Shown here: positions 8,678-19,680 of the stretch, piece by piece
Layout of the letters: the number at the start of each line of letters is the position of its first letter
How positions within the stretch are numbered: the first letter of the stretch is position 1
Assembly: GCA_964611995.1 (NCBI GenBank)
Contig: CAZTCS010000001.1
Location: 61,767-125,766 of the forward strand
Reading direction: 5' to 3'
From: an uncultured Sediminibacterium sp.
GTDB lineage: Bacteria; Bacteroidota; Bacteroidia; Chitinophagales; Chitinophagaceae
Length of the DNA: 64,000 nucleotides
Translations under genes and position numbers: made by a program
Notes under the pieces: generated by a model
What the model saw: the letters and a program-made list of their open reading frames with translations, nothing else
Told to the model about the DNA's origin: nothing
The model's database searches: none

Positions 8678-9122
8678 TTTTCAGACCACCACCGGGGAGG
8701 AATACTTTATTGTTACTGACATCGATAAAATGGATGTTGATACCATTCATCGCTATTTATCAGAAACATCTTATTGGGCAAAAGGAATATCGAAAGAACT
8801 GGTAGAAAAATCGATCAGGCATTCCCTTTGCTTTGGTGTTTTTAGTGGAGAGGAGCAAGTTGGTTTTGCAAGGGTTGTTACAGACAGAACCAGTTTTGCT
8901 TACCTGGGTGATGTGTTTATTTTGCCAGCACACCAGGGAAAGGGATTGTCGAAATGGTTAATGCAAACCATTCATGAGTATCCGGACCTGCAAGGACTGC
9001 GCAGGTGGATGCTTTTTACCAGAGATGCGCATGGCTTATATAGCCAGTTTGGTTGGAAACAAGTGCCGGAAGAACAAACCGGCAGGATTATGCAGATACA
9101 TAATCCGAATATATATCAGTAG
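8670..9122 (+). CDS. GNAT family N-acetyltransferase
   Basis: SYWAKG, GFARVVTD, HQGKGLSKWL acetyl-CoA motif. Confidence 0.9.
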   Translation: MNNFQTTTGEEYFIVTDIDKMDVDTIHRYLSETSYWAKGISKELVEKSIRHSLCFGVFSGEEQVGFARVVTDRTSFAYLGDVFILPAHQGKGLSKWLMQTIHEYPDLQGLRRWMLFTRDAHGLYSQFGWKQVPEEQTGRIMQIHNPNIYQ

Positions 9123-9226
9123 GCGTTGCCCAAATAAGCTGTATATACCTGAATTATCTGATGGGCTTTCACCATTCTTGCGCTTGAAGCGTTAATTTTG
9201 CAGCTCTTTATGTAATCGAAAAATCT

Positions 9227-10753
9227 ATGAGTCAAGCACATTTATCAGAACAGGAACAGATTCGTCGTGAGAAACTGGCTAAGTTGCAAGAGGCCGGGAT
9301 AGACCCATTCCCCGCGCCATTATACCCCGTAAGTCATTATTCAGCTGATATCAAAGAAAAATATACAGAAGAAACCAAAGATGCATTTACCGGAATTTGT
9401 GTAGCAGGAAGGGTAATGAGTATAAATGATAAGGGAAAGGTATTCTTCATTAAAATACAAGATAGCAAGGGTATTATCCAGTTATACGTTAAGAGGGATG
9501 AAATCTGTCCGGAAGAAGATAAATCTTTCTGGGATACGGTTATTAAACATGGTTTAGACCTTGGAGATATTATTGGTGTTACTGGTTTTGCATTTATCAC
9601 CAAAACCGGAGAAACCTCTGTACATGCTCAAAGCTTTACGCTGTTGGCTAAATCACTTAAGCCATTGCCGGTTGTAAAACGTGATGAGGAAGGAAATGTA
9701 TTTGATGCAGTAACAGATCCTGAGTTCAGGTATCGTCAGCGTTATGCCGACCTGATTATCAATCCCGACGTAAAGGAAACTTTTGTAAAAAGAACCAAGC
9801 TGATTAATACCATTCGCACTTTCCTGAATGAGCAGGGTGCACTGGAGGTAGATACTCCTGTATTACAAGCCATTCCCGGGGGTGCAGCAGCCAGACCTTT
9901 CATAACCCATCATAATGCATTAGACGTTCCCTTTTACCTCCGTATTGCGAATGAGCTATACCTCAAGCGACTAATAGTAGGCGGGTTTGATTGGGTATAT
10001 GAATTCAGTCGCAATTTCAGGAACGAAGGAATGGATCGTACTCATAACCCTGAATTTACCGTGCTTGAATGGTATACGGCGTATAAAGATTATTTCTGGA
10101 TGATGGAAATAACGGAGCAACTATTCGAAAAAATAGCCCTTGCCCTGCATGGTACAACAGATGTTCCATTAGGCGATAAAATAATCAGCTTTAAAGCACC
10201 CTTTAAAAGAATAAGCATTCATGACGCTATTAAAGAAAATACGGGTATCGATGTAAGTGGTTTAGATGAAGCAGGTTTGCGAGATGTTTGCAAACAACTC
10301 AAAATAGACGTGCCGACGAATATTGGCAAAGGAAAACTGATTGATGAAATTTTTGGGGCTACCAGTGAACATACATTTATTCAACCCACTTTCATTATCG
10401 ACTATCCGGTGGAAATGAGTCCGCTAACTAAAAAGCACCGTAATAAGGCTGGGTTGGTTGAAAGATTTGAACTGATGGTAAATGGAAAAGAAATTGCCAA
10501 TGCCTATTCAGAATTAAATGATCCGATAGACCAGCGTGAGCGTTTTGAAGAGCAGCTTAAACTGATGGAAAGGGGCGATGATGAAGCGATGTTTATTGAT
10601 CACGACTTTTTACGTGCGCTTGAATATGGAATGCCACCTACCTCTGGTATCGGTATAGGAATCGATCGTTTGTGTATGATGATGACCAATCAGCCCTCTA
10701 TTCAGGATGTATTACTGTTTCCACAAATGCGCCCGGAAAAATTAGCAGAATAA
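9227..10753 (+). CDS. lysS: Lysine--tRNA ligase (class II)
   Basis: RYRQRYADL, GGAAARPFITHHN, FRNEG, YGMPPTSGIGIGIDRL. Confidence 0.98.
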   Translation: MSQAHLSEQEQIRREKLAKLQEAGIDPFPAPLYPVSHYSADIKEKYTEETKDAFTGICVAGRVMSINDKGKVFFIKIQDSKGIIQLYVKRDEICPEEDKSFWDTVIKHGLDLGDIIGVTGFAFITKTGETSVHAQSFTLLAKSLKPLPVVKRDEEGNVFDAVTDPEFRYRQRYADLIINPDVKETFVKRTKLINTIRTFLNEQGALEVDTPVLQAIPGGAAARPFITHHNALDVPFYLRIANELYLKRLIVGGFDWVYEFSRNFRNEGMDRTHNPEFTVLEWYTAYKDYFWMMEITEQLFEKIALALHGTTDVPLGDKIISFKAPFKRISIHDAIKENTGIDVSGLDEAGLRDVCKQLKIDVPTNIGKGKLIDEIFGATSEHTFIQPTFIIDYPVEMSPLTKKHRNKAGLVERFELMVNGKEIANAYSELNDPIDQRERFEEQLKLMERGDDEAMFIDHDFLRALEYGMPPTSGIGIGIDRLCMMMTNQPSIQDVLLFPQMRPEKLAE

Positions 10754-10762
10754 TCGGCTTAC

Positions 10763-11248
10763 CTAATATTTAGGGATGTTTTGGAGTAGTACCTGACTAA
10801 AATCAGCAGCATCCTGACTATTCGAAAACTGAATAGGTAACTTACTACGGACCTCATATTGGGGTCCTTTTTTTTGCGCAGTATAGGCTGTTGTAAAAAA
10901 GAATTTTTGACTGCTAAGGGCAACGATCATTGATGAAGGATTGTTCTTATCTATCATTGCAGATTCATTATCCATGTCGGATAAGCGGCTCCAGAGTATG
11001 GTAAATTTGCCGATTTTGTTACGGTCAGGGAAGGACTCTTCAACCCAAAACCAGACATAACCGTTTTTACTATCTATTTTGTAATAGGTATTCACATGGA
11101 ATTTATTGCTCCCGGATTTAACATCCACAGAACTAATAAGTTTACCGTCTATATTGTAACGAAAATCGCCGCAATGCCCGCTAAATTGGGCATAGGCGGA
11201 CACGACCATACAGGTCAACAGGGTTAGCAGTAGAGTTTTAGTTCGCAT
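10763..11248 (-). CDS. Hypothetical secreted protein
   Basis: 161 aa ORF with signal peptide, fills the gap between lysS and the SDR. Confidence 0.7.
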   Translation of the reverse strand: MRTKTLLLTLLTCMVVSAYAQFSGHCGDFRYNIDGKLISSVDVKSGSNKFHVNTYYKIDSKNGYVWFWVEESFPDRNKIGKFTILWSRLSDMDNESAMIDKNNPSSMIVALSSQKFFFTTAYTAQKKGPQYEVRSKLPIQFSNSQDAADFSQVLLQNIPKY

Positions 11249-11318
11249 TGGGGGTACACGATATTACCACCTTTTTCGCGACTTTTCTAGTATTTAGGGC
11301 TTAATTTTTGATTAATCT

Positions 11319-12137
11319 CTAAACAAAAAGGTCATTATAGAGTTGTCCACCGGGCACAACTGCATACTTATCCAAATCAGTTATACCTGCTGATGCCAAT
11401 ACTTCTTCATCAATAAAAGTATTACCGGAACATTCAGACGCGGTTTTTTGGAGTATCAGGTGAACTGCGTCCGCTATGATATCAGGGGTACGACTCATTT
11501 TGGCCAAAGCCTCACCGCCAAGCAGGTTTCGAACGGCTGCTGTATCAATAGTCGTTCTGGGCCATAAAGCGTTTGAAGCTATGCCCGCTCCTTTAAACTC
11601 GGCTGCCCAACCAAGTGCCAGCATACTCATATTATATTTTGTAAGAGTATATGCTATATGTCCTCCAAGCCATTTAGGTTGCAGACTAATAGGTGGAGAA
11701 AGCGTAATGATGTGTGGGTTATTACCCTTTCTTAGCCATGGTATACAGTGTTTAACAACTAAAAAAGTGCCCCTTACATTAATACTGTGCATGAGGTCGA
11801 AGCGTTTGCTATCCGTTTGTTCTGTAGGGGTAAGCTGTATGGCAGAGGCATTATTTATTACCACATCAATACCACCAAATTTAGCTACGGCTTGTTCAAC
11901 CATGGCTTGTATTTGTTCTTCCTGTCTTATATCAACCTGAACCGCAAGCGCTTTTCCACCCACAGCTTCAATTTCATCCGCAGCAGTATAAATTGTTCCG
12001 CCGAGCCGAGGATCTTCCGTAACACTTTTAGCTGCTACTACAATATTGGCACCCTCTTTTGCCAATCGTAAGGCAATGGCTTTGCCGATACCGCGACTGG
12101 CACCGGTAATTAAAACTGTTCTGTTTTGCAATGACAT
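11319..12137 (-). CDS. Short-chain dehydrogenase (HSDL2-like)
   Basis: TGASRGIG, NNASAI, YTLTK, NALWPRT. Start ATG 12137. Confidence 0.9.
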   Translation of the reverse strand: MSLQNRTVLITGASRGIGKAIALRLAKEGANIVVAAKSVTEDPRLGGTIYTAADEIEAVGGKALAVQVDIRQEEQIQAMVEQAVAKFGGIDVVINNASAIQLTPTEQTDSKRFDLMHSINVRGTFLVVKHCIPWLRKGNNPHIITLSPPISLQPKWLGGHIAYTLTKYNMSMLALGWAAEFKGAGIASNALWPRTTIDTAAVRNLLGGEALAKMSRTPDIIADAVHLILQKTASECSGNTFIDEEVLASAGITDLDKYAVVPGGQLYNDLFV

Positions 12138-12176
12138 ACTGATAGTATTGATATACCTAAATTTAGGCAAACATCA

Positions 12177-12752
12177 TTACCAACCTAAGAAATCTTTGAT
12201 CAGGTTTTCTGTCGTAATACATGCTTTAGGTAAATCATCATTCACCACCGTATGATGAAAATGGTGACTGAAAGAAATTTCATAGCTGGCTTTATTGACT
12301 CTGTCTGCAAGACTCTCCGGTGTTTCAGTTCCCCGGCTTTCCAGTCTTCTTTTTAACTCTTCTACAGAAGGAGGTTGGATAAATATCGATAAACAATTGC
12401 CTTCGAATTGCTGCTGCACGTGAATGGCTCCTTTTACATCAATATCCAGGACTGGGGTTTTTCCTTCGTTCCAGATACGTTCCAGTTCAGATTTTAAAGT
12501 GCCATAATATTTTCCTTCATAAACCATCTCCCATTCAATAAAGGCATCTTCTTTAATTTTTTGCTGAAAACTTTCAGCAGACATAAAGTGATAATCAACG
12601 CCATTTTTTTCCTGACCCCTGGGTTGTCTGGTGGCTGCTGAAATAGAAAAACAAAGCAAGGGATACTTATTCAAAAGGTAATGTGTAATAGAAGTTTTAC
12701 CCGAACCTGATGGAGCTGTAATAATGATGAGTTTTCCCTTGTTAGCTTGCAT
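12177..12752 (-). CDS. gmk: Guanylate kinase
   Basis: APSGSGKT P-loop, SATTR-like motif (SAATR), YYGT, LDIDVKGA, FIQPPS. Confidence 0.95.
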   Translation of the reverse strand: MQANKGKLIIITAPSGSGKTSITHYLLNKYPLLCFSISAATRQPRGQEKNGVDYHFMSAESFQQKIKEDAFIEWEMVYEGKYYGTLKSELERIWNEGKTPVLDIDVKGAIHVQQQFEGNCLSIFIQPPSVEELKRRLESRGTETPESLADRVNKASYEISFSHHFHHTVVNDDLPKACITTENLIKDFLGW

Positions 12753-12842
12753 GCGCAAAGAAACAGAATTTTCTAACGTTTCGAATGACCAATAACAAAC
12801 TAAAAGCCTGTTTTTTGTAATAAGAAAAGTGAATCAGTTGTA

Positions 12843-13427
12843 TTATTCAAACCAGTTGATTTTTTCAGCAAGCGGAATATTTCTTTTTCCTGCTGCTTGG
12901 GGTTCATCGGTATATCCAAGATAAATCAATCCCAAAACCTGATCTTCTTCAGCTAACCCAAGCATTTTTTTCATGCTTTCATGGTGGGTCATACCACCGG
13001 TACTCCAAAGACTTACCATTCCAATTGCCTGAGCGCCTAAAAGAATGTGCTCAACTGCTGCCGCTGTTGCAGCAATTTCTTCAATAAGCGGGATTTTTTT
13101 GGTGGCCTGTCTTTTCATGTAAACAACCACAAGATGCGAAACAAGTTCACCTTGTTTTATAATCCCTTCATATTTAGAGGATAAGAATAAATCTTCATTG
13201 GTATTTGCTTTGTATAAATCAGCATGTTCACGACAAAATGTTTTTAATCCATCACCTGTGTAAACATTGAATCGCCAAGGCTCTGTTCTGCCATGTGTAG
13301 GAGCCCAATCTGCAAGAGAAAGTAAGTTGCGAATCGCTTCATTTTCAGCCTTTTGGCCATTCATTAGCGTTGGCTTAACACTTCTTCTATCAAGGATGAT
13401 ATCCTGTAAATTGTTAAAAGTATCCAT
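12843..13427 (-). CDS. Nitroreductase family protein (YdjA-like)
   Basis: RRSVK, WAPTHGRTEPWRF, WSTG, IYLGY. Confidence 0.9.
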   Translation of the reverse strand: MDTFNNLQDIILDRRSVKPTLMNGQKAENEAIRNLLSLADWAPTHGRTEPWRFNVYTGDGLKTFCREHADLYKANTNEDLFLSSKYEGIIKQGELVSHLVVVYMKRQATKKIPLIEEIAATAAAVEHILLGAQAIGMVSLWSTGGMTHHESMKKMLGLAEEDQVLGLIYLGYTDEPQAAGKRNIPLAEKINWFE

Positions 13428-13563
13428 GGTGCAAAAATATGTGTAGCATAGATTAAAATTTGATTTAAATATGATGGAGAATTACGAATAACGGTAAAAT
13501 GTTTATATTCATATATAGCGGATTACCCTGCATAATCTTTCTATAGCCGCTAAATAGTTTGCC

Positions 13564-16500
13564 ATGACGGTCAAAGAATTCCAATCTGTATTTGACAATC
13601 TTCCGGGTATGTATCTTTTATTACAGCCCGATTACCCATCCTTTACAATTATTGCAGCTAATAAAGCTTATATACAGACTACCCACACCAACCATGATAC
13701 ACTGATCGGTAATCCTGTATTCAGTGTTTTTCCTGATACTGCAGGCATACATAATAAGGAGAATAAAGTTCAGTTACTGGTATTATTTAAAGAAGTAATC
13801 GATTTAAGACAAACCAATGAACTAAAAAACTTCAGGTATGATATTCCGGCAAATGATGGTTCAGGGATTTTCATAGAACGATATTGGCATATCATCAATA
13901 CACCAGTATTGGATGAGAGTAACAAGGTTACCCAAATCATCATTTCTGTTGAAAATGTAACAGAAAAAGTACTCGCTGAAAAGATTATTGAAGAAAAACT
14001 TGCCCATACAAGTTTATTAATGGACAATATTCTTTCCAGTATTTCAGATGGTTTTGTTGCTTTAGACAAAAACTGGTGCTATAGTTATATCAATGAACGT
14101 GGTGCAGCCATGTTAGCGAATCATAAACCTGCAGATTTATTGGGGAAAAATATCTGGACGGTTTTTCCTGAAGGTGTAGGACAACCCTTTTATCATAATT
14201 ATCATAAGGTAATGGAGAGCCGGCAACCTATGGTAATGCAGGAATACTACCCACCCTGGGGTAAATGGTTTGAAAACAGAATATACCCCTCGCCGGATGG
14301 TGGAATTACCATTTTTTTTACCGATATCACCATAAATAAAAAAGCAGAAGAACAGCTTAAGGATTCTAAGAAGCACATGCGGATGATTCTTGATTCAACC
14401 GAAGAAGCTTTTCTTGTAATCGATAAAACATACTGCTTAGTTACTTTTAATAAAGCAGCGGAAAAAATGGCAGAACTTTTCTTCCGGCTAAAACTGGAAA
14501 ATGGGTTGTCGTTATTGACGCTTAGATTTCAAAAAATAAGTCCAGAAACCCTGGCAAATTTTGAACAGGTTTTTAAAGGACAAAAAACCAGCTTTGATTA
14601 TCAAATTAATGATACAAATGACCAACAGCATTATTTTGTAATTACCTGTATTCCGCTGTTGAATGAAGATGGGCTACCTGACAAATTAATGTTAACAGCG
14701 CGAGATGCTACCAATGAAATTATGGGTGTAAAAGCGTTGGCAGAGTCTGAATTGCGGTATAAAAAACTATTTTATGCCAATCCAATGCCCATGTGGATTT
14801 ATGAAGAAGCAACGTATCGATTTTTGGAAGTAAACGACGCGGCTATAGAAAAATATGGTTATACAAGAGATGAATTTCTAGCGATGACTATTTTGGACAT
14901 TCGACCGAATGAAGAAATCGAAAAAGTAAAACATGCTAAAAAAAGACAGTCCAACGGATATTTAATACATCACGGTACCTGGCGCCATTTAAGGAAGAGT
15001 GGTGAATTATTATTTGTTGAAATAACTGCTTACCATATCACACATAATAATACGGCATCCGTTCTTGTGTTGATTAATGATATTACGGAAAGAATAGCTA
15101 TAGAGACAGCAAGCAGATTCGAAAAAAACAACAAGGAAGCTTTAATTAATAATACGAATGATTATATATGGAGCATTGATAAAAACTTTCAATTGCTAAG
15201 TGCGAATAAGGCATTCCTTCAATCTATTGAAAAACAAACCGGTAATTTTTTGGAACCCGGCGATAATGTTTTATTGTTACCCAATATTGCGCCTGAATTT
15301 AATCAATTCTGGAAAAGGTTATATGAACGGGCATTCCTGGGTAATTTTTTTAAAGAAATAATCCATAACCCGGTATTAGCCAGACATACAGGCGAATGGA
15401 TAGAAGTTAGCTTTAACCCCATTATTACCCAGGAAGAAATTATTGGTATTGCTTGTTATGGAAGGGATATTTCGGAAAATACACGCTATCAACAAAAACT
15501 CGAATCAGTTAATACAGAACTTACCAGGAAAATAAAAGAGATATCTGATTATAAGTTTGCACTGGATCAATCGAGTATTGTAGCAATTACTAATCAGAAA
15601 GGAATCATACAATATGTAAATGATAATTTTTGTGCAATATCCGGTTATAGTAAAGAAGAATTAATAGGGCAAGACCATCGTATTATTAATTCCGGGTATC
15701 ATCCGAAATCATTCCTTAAAGACTTATGGGTTACCATCGCAAATGGGAAAGTCTGGAGAGGAGAAATTAAAAATAAAACCAAAGCAGGTACTTATTATTG
15801 GGTTGATACAACCATAATACCTTTTTTAAATGAAAAAGGTAAGCCATATCAGTTTGTTGCCATCCGCAATGATATTACCAATAAAAAAACAGAAGAGGAG
15901 CGACTTCACCTCATGCGAATGGTTGTCAATAATACCAAAGATGCAGTTTTAATTACAGAAGCCGAACCGGTTGAAGGTGATGGTCCTAGAATTTTATATG
16001 TGAATGAGGCTTTTACAAAGGTTACCGGATATACTGCAGAAGAAGTAATTGGAAAAACACCACGCATATTGCAAGGTGTTGGTACAGACAGAAATGAATT
16101 AAACAGATTAAAGCAGGCATTGAAAAATTGGGAGTCCTGCGAAATAGAAATTATCAATTACAAAAAAAGCGGAGAACCATTCTGGAATAATTTTACTGTA
16201 TCGCCAGTTGCTGATGAAAATGGCTGGTACACACATTGGGTAGCAGTTCAGCGAGATACGACGGAAAGAAGGAAAATCGATAGCCTGATACGTGATAACG
16301 AAGAGAAAAGAAGGCTTATAATGAATGCCGCATTAGACGCCATTATTTGTATTGATACCGAAGGAATGATCACTTTTTGGAACCCTAAGGCAGAGCAAAT
16401 TTTTGGTTGGAAACAGGATGAAGTGATGGGTAAAAGGCTTTCTCAGATCATTATACCGGAATCATACCGGATTTTCCATGATCAAGGCATGGAGCAGTAT

Positions 16501-17799
16501 AAAGAAACCGGGCATGGGCCCGCATTGAATACTTTACTGGAATTAACTGCAATAAACAGGGATGGAATTGTTTTCCCTGTTGAATTAACTGTATTACCAA
16601 TTAAACAAGAGAATGAATCTTTTTTCTGTGCCTTTATACGCGATATTACCGAGCGCAAAAAAGCAGAAACAACAATACGCAGATCGAACGAACGTTATGA
16701 GTTGGTTACAAAAGCTACGAGTGACGCTATATGGGATTGGGATATGAGAACTGGTATAGTCGTAAGATCTGGAGATGGTTTATTTAAGTTATTTGGGTAT
16801 AATACTTTAGAAGCTAGTATCGACAATGATTTCTGGATAAAACATGTGCACCCTGAAGATTTATTGGAGGTACAGGAAAGAAGACAACACATATTTGATA
16901 ATACCAATGAACAATTTTGGGAAGATGAATATAGGTTTGAAAGAAAAGATGGTAGCTATGCAAATGTGTATGATCGAGGTTATATTATCAGGGATAAACA
17001 GGGTCAGCCTATTCGCCTGATAGGATCTACTCAGGATATTTCCGCACTGAAACAATCTGAAAAACAATTGCAAGAGTTGAATGAAGCATTGCAAAAACGG
17101 GCTTCCGAATTGGCAAGGTCTAATGCCGAACTTGAAAGGTTTGCCTATGTAGCTTCACATGATTTACAAGAACCACTTCGAATGGTTAGTAGTTTTTTAC
17201 AACTACTTGATAAGCAGTACACTGCGCTACTTGATGATAAGGCAAAAGAGTATATCAAGTTTGCTGTAGGTGGAGCTGAAAGAATGAAAAGATTGATATT
17301 GGACCTGCTCGCCTACTCAAGAGTAGATGCTGTAAAAGAAGCATTTCAGCCAGTTGATTTAAATGGTGTATTACAGCAGGTTCTTCAAATTTTTACTTCG
17401 AGATTTGAAAAAGAAAAAGTAACTTTAAAAGTAGACAAGCTACCAACAGTTCTTGGAAACGCCTTACAGTTGCAGCAGCTATTGCAGAACCTGATTGGAA
17501 ATGCAATAAAGTACCAGAGCAGTGCACCCCCCCACATTGAAATAGGTTGTATTTCAGAATCAGATCGTTATGTATTTTTTGTGAAGGATAATGGTATTGG
17601 TATTAACCCCCGGTATTTTGAAAAAATATTTGTAGTATTTCAACGACTCCAACCACTTGATGATCATTCTGGAACAGGAATTGGATTGGCAATTTGTAAG
17701 AAAATTGTTGAAAGACATCATGGTGAAATTTGGGTTACATCTGAGGAAGGAGTAGGCAGTACTTTTTATTTCAGTCTGCCAAGGATAACAACCAATTAA
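13564..17799 (+). CDS. Soluble multi-PAS (about 9) sensor histidine kinase, phytochrome-type HisKA
   Basis: Repeated PAS/PAC units ending DIT/DIS, H-box [42 protein letters not shown]. No TM segment seen. Confidence 0.95.
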   Translation: MTVKEFQSVFDNLPGMYLLLQPDYPSFTIIAANKAYIQTTHTNHDTLIGNPVFSVFPDTAGIHNKENKVQLLVLFKEVIDLRQTNELKNFRYDIPANDGSGIFIERYWHIINTPVLDESNKVTQIIISVENVTEKVLAEKIIEEKLAHTSLLMDNILSSISDGFVALDKNWCYSYINERGAAMLANHKPADLLGKNIWTVFPEGVGQPFYHNYHKVMESRQPMVMQEYYPPWGKWFENRIYPSPDGGITIFFTDITINKKAEEQLKDSKKHMRMILDSTEEAFLVIDKTYCLVTFNKAAEKMAELFFRLKLENGLSLLTLRFQKISPETLANFEQVFKGQKTSFDYQINDTNDQQHYFVITCIPLLNEDGLPDKLMLTARDATNEIMGVKALAESELRYKKLFYANPMPMWIYEEATYRFLEVNDAAIEKYGYTRDEFLAMTILDIRPNEEIEKVKHAKKRQSNGYLIHHGTWRHLRKSGELLFVEITAYHITHNNTASVLVLINDITERIAIETASRFEKNNKEALINNTNDYIWSIDKNFQLLSANKAFLQSIEKQTGNFLEPGDNVLLLPNIAPEFNQFWKRLYERAFLGNFFKEIIHNPVLARHTGEWIEVSFNPIITQEEIIGIACYGRDISENTRYQQKLESVNTELTRKIKEISDYKFALDQSSIVAITNQKGIIQYVNDNFCAISGYSKEELIGQDHRIINSGYHPKSFLKDLWVTIANGKVWRGEIKNKTKAGTYYWVDTTIIPFLNEKGKPYQFVAIRNDITNKKTEEERLHLMRMVVNNTKDAVLITEAEPVEGDGPRILYVNEAFTKVTGYTAEEVIGKTPRILQGVGTDRNELNRLKQALKNWESCEIEIINYKKSGEPFWNNFTVSPVADENGWYTHWVAVQRDTTERRKIDSLIRDNEEKRRLIMNAALDAIICIDTEGMITFWNPKAEQIFGWKQDEVMGKRLSQIIIPESYRIFHDQGMEQYKETGHGPALNTLLELTAINRDGIVFPVELTVLPIKQENESFFCAFIRDITERKKAETTIRRSNERYELVTKATSDAIWDWDMRTGIVVRSGDGLFKLFGYNTLEASIDNDFWIKHVHPEDLLEVQERRQHIFDNTNEQFWEDEYRFERKDGSYANVYDRGYIIRDKQGQPIRLIGSTQDISALKQSEKQLQELNEALQKRASELARSNAELERFAYVASHDLQEPLRMVSSFLQLLDKQYTALLDDKAKEYIKFAVGGAERMKRLILDLLAYSRVDAVKEAFQPVDLNGVLQQVLQIFTSRFEKEKVTLKVDKLPTVLGNALQLQQLLQNLIGNAIKYQSSAPPHIEIGCISESDRYVFFVKDNGIGINPRYFEKIFVVFQRLQPLDDHSGTGIGLAICKKIVERHHGEIWVTSEEGVGSTFYFSLPRITTN

Positions 17800-17809
17800 A
17801 AACAGTTTT

Positions 17810-18250
17810 ATGTCAGAAATACAAGACCTTGAAATCTTACTTGTTGAAGATAACGAAGGTGATATAAGACTTACTATTGAAGCTTTTAAAGAAGCTAAAA
17901 TCAGGAACCTGATTAAAGTAGTAAGAGATGGGGAAGAAGCGTTACGTTATTTAAGGCGAGAAGGTAAATTCAGCGAGGTACAACTTCCGGACATCATTTT
18001 ATTGGATATAAACTTACCCAAAATAGATGGCAAAGAAGTTTTAAATGCCATTAAGAATGACGCCGTATTAAGGGTTATTCCGGTTATTATGTTGACTACT
18101 TCTTCCGCAGAATCAGACATCCAGGAATCTTATGCAAACCATGCCAATTGTTATGTATTAAAGCCAGTAGACTTAAATAAATTTATGGATGTAATCAGGA
18201 GTATTGAAGAGTATTGGATTTCGATTGTAAAATTACCTCCTAAGGGCTGA
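17810..18250 (+). CDS. Single-domain response regulator (Rcp1-like)
   Basis: ILLVEDN, LLDINLP, LTTS, NCYVLKPV, YWISIVKLP. Confidence 0.92.
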   Translation: MSEIQDLEILLVEDNEGDIRLTIEAFKEAKIRNLIKVVRDGEEALRYLRREGKFSEVQLPDIILLDINLPKIDGKEVLNAIKNDAVLRVIPVIMLTTSSAESDIQESYANHANCYVLKPVDLNKFMDVIRSIEEYWISIVKLPPKG

Positions 18251-18257
18251 TAAATTT

Positions 18258-19562
18258 TTAAATGCGTTTGATATCGGCTCCTATTCTTCTCAGACGCTCA
18301 TCAATTTGCTGATAACCCCGGTCTATCTGTTCAATATTTTGAATTACACTTTTCCCCTCTGCGCTTAAAGCCGCAATCAACAATGCCTGACCCGCACGAA
18401 TGTCTGGACTGCTCATGGTAATGCCTCTTAGGTTATACTTTCTACCCAATCCTATAACGGTTGCCCTGTGTGGGTCACATAAAATAATTTGGGCACCCAT
18501 ATCAATCAGCTTATCTACAAAGAATAACCTGCTTTCAAACATTTTTTGGTGTACCAATACACTACCTCTTGCTTGTGTAGCTACTACCAGTACAATACTT
18601 AATAAGTCAGGCGTAAATCCAGGCCACGGATGGTCGTAAATGGTAAGAATACCACCATCCATATAAGTTTGAATTTCATATACATCCTGTGCAGGTATAT
18701 AAATATCATCGCCCTGGATGGAAAATTGTATACCGAGTTGACTAAACTTTTCAGGAATAATACCGAGGTGTGCTACGCCGGCTTTTTTTATGGTAAGCTC
18801 ACTTTGTGTCATGGCAGCCAGACCAATAAAACTACCTATTTCAATCATGTCAGGCAACATGCGATGTGTGGTTCCTTGTAATTTAGGTACACCTTCAATG
18901 GTTAATAAATTACTGCCAATACCACTGATTTTTGCACCCATGCGGTTTAGCATACTGCATAACTGTTGAAGGTAGGGTTCGCAGGCAGCATTGTAAATCT
19001 GGGTAATGCCTTCAGCTAATACCGCAGCCATTACAATATTTGCAGTGCCTGTAACAGAAGGTTCATCCAACAACATATAAGCTCCTCTAAGTTGCGGAGC
19101 TACCAATTTAAAACAATGTTGTTCATCATCGAATTCAAAACTTGCTCCAAGCTTCTCAAAACCTATAATATGCGTATCTAATCTTCGTCTTCCGATTTTA
19201 TCTCCTCCAGGTTTTGGGATATATGCTTTTTTAAATCTTGCAAGCATTGGTCCCGCAAGCATTACACTACCACGTAACCTGCCTCCTTTTTTTCTGAATG
19301 CCTCGGAAGATAAATAGTCGATATTTATATCATCGGCTTTAAAGCGGTAAGTATCTGCATCCAGTTTATCTACCTTAACGCCCATATCCACCAGTAATTC
19401 TATCAACAGATTTACATCAAGGATATCAGGAATATTTGAAATAGTCATTTCGGCATCAGTCAGTACAACAGCCGATAATATTTGTAGGGCTTCGTTCTTT
19501 GCGCCTTGCGGAATTATTTCTCCCTGAAGGCGATTACCGCCACGTACTTCAAATGATCCCAT
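18258..19562 (-). CDS. murA: UDP-N-acetylglucosamine 1-carboxyvinyltransferase
   Basis: GAKNEAL, PGGDKIGRR (Asp at the catalytic Cys position), PDIRAG, IDRGY. Confidence 0.95.
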   Translation of the reverse strand: MGSFEVRGGNRLQGEIIPQGAKNEALQILSAVVLTDAEMTISNIPDILDVNLLIELLVDMGVKVDKLDADTYRFKADDINIDYLSSEAFRKKGGRLRGSVMLAGPMLARFKKAYIPKPGGDKIGRRRLDTHIIGFEKLGASFEFDDEQHCFKLVAPQLRGAYMLLDEPSVTGTANIVMAAVLAEGITQIYNAACEPYLQQLCSMLNRMGAKISGIGSNLLTIEGVPKLQGTTHRMLPDMIEIGSFIGLAAMTQSELTIKKAGVAHLGIIPEKFSQLGIQFSIQGDDIYIPAQDVYEIQTYMDGGILTIYDHPWPGFTPDLLSIVLVVATQARGSVLVHQKMFESRLFFVDKLIDMGAQIILCDPHRATVIGLGRKYNLRGITMSSPDIRAGQALLIAALSAEGKSVIQNIEQIDRGYQQIDERLRRIGADIKRI

Positions 19563-19631
19563 AATGAAAGCTTAGGTTTTATAAATACGAATGTAATGAA
19601 TGGCTCGCTGTTTGGAGAAAGATCGCAATGA

Positions 19632-19662
19632 AAAAGCCCCGATAAATTTTACCGGGGCTTTT
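19632..19662 (-). terminator. Intrinsic terminator-like hairpin
   Basis: AAAAGCCCCG...CGGGGCTTTT with A/T tracts on both sides, downstream of the DUF4290 gene. Confidence 0.75.
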
Positions 19663-19680
19663 ATAAAAAAACAGGTACAA

